From the NCBI GenBank assembly GCA_951406725.2, contig OX597831.1, positions 25,606,001 through 25,670,000 on the forward strand: DNA of 64,000 nt, written 5' to 3'. The position numbers and the translations under genes were made by a program. Positions 63,035-64,000 of the stretch are shown in pieces. The notes under the pieces were generated by a model. It did not search any database, was not told where the DNA came from, and saw nothing but the letters and a program-made list of their open reading frames with translations. The stretch is from Octopus vulgaris (taxonomy: Eukaryota). Each line of letters begins with the position of its first letter. The stretch's first letter is position 1.

Positions 63035-63495
63035 CATATATAAGTATATATATATACATACATGTATATATATACATACATACGTAAATATATGCACACA
63101 TATACATACAAGTATACATATGCACACATAAACATACATGTATATGTATATATATATATTCACACACACACACACACACACATACATATGCAAACAATGA
63201 TTATAAGAAATAAAAATCTGCCTTTTCGTGCATCTCATTATTCATCACATGTCAATAATACTAATACTGAATAAGTTGTTTTCTTTATAATTTGACAAAC
63301 AATGTGTCGAGGTATGTCATCAGTATAACTATTAAAGGATCGAATGTTTTAAACAGTTGGCAGCTATGAAAGGGAACCAAAATACACTGTAAAGTATAAA
63401 ATTGTAGAGTAAAAAAAAAATCAGTTTATCTACCATTTCTCACCTTATAATAAACACCTTTATGTTAACCTTTGAGAGCAAAATAAAAATAAAAA

Positions 63496-63534
<39 letters not shown>

Positions 63535-63537
<3 letters not shown>

Positions 63538-63890
63538 TCTACTGGAGGTACAAGGCCTCAAATTTGTGGGGAGGGGACTTGTTGATTACATCGATCCAGT
63601 GTTTCACTGGTACTTAATTTATTGGCCCCAAAAGGATGAAAGGCAATGTCGACCTTGGTGGAATTTGAACTCAGAACATAAACATAGATGAAATGCTACT
63701 AAGCATTTTGACTGGTCTGTTAATGATTCCACCAGCGCGACACCTTAATGATAATAATCTTTTCTACTTTAGGCACAAGACCTGAAATTTTGAGGGAGGG
63801 GGGGGCTGTCAATTAGATCGATCTTAGTACGCAACTGGTACTTAATTTATCGACCCTGAAAGGATGAAAGGCAAAGTCAACCCCAGTGGT
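63535..63890 (-). mobile_element. Two tandem older family B SINEs in (TAA)n
   Basis: Copies 63535-63748 and 63760-63890, each preceded by (TAA)n. Confidence 0.8.
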
Positions 63891-64000
63891 TAATAATAAT
63901 GATAATGATGCTGATGATTTCTTATATTTGCACTCTCCCTCTTATTTTTGCGTGGGGTGCTAAAAACAAATTATTAACGAGTTCAGTATGAGAACATCCA

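Overview
This is AT-rich, microsatellite-saturated eukaryotic DNA with no recognisable host protein-coding gene, so it is intergenic or a large intron. The repeat complement suggests an octopod cephalopod (Octopus-like) genome; this is an inference from the SINE types and repeat density and was not verified. Almost all ORFs in the track are artefacts of microsatellites or SINEs. Supportable content includes at least five SINE-like families (labelled A-E here), a (TAA)n-flanked retroelement (F) and an (AAC)n-tailed retroelement (G). There is a 5'-truncated Penelope-like element (PLE) with a Cys-linker and GIY-YIG endonuclease, inserted in the internal (TA)n of a SINE. Decayed R4/Dong-type, RTE and RTE-BovB LINE fragments are present, along with two piggyBac-type (TTAA) MITE families, hAT MITEs, a HINE/Helentron-type element and a Helitron-like 5' end. 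The most notable signal is a set of minimal type-I hammerhead ribozyme motifs. One variant core (CUGUnGA, with U at the normally invariant A6) is shared by two independent PLE insertions. Other hammerhead-like motifs sit in short elements, some of them inverted repeats, at or near microsatellites. All coordinates and alignments were done by eye.
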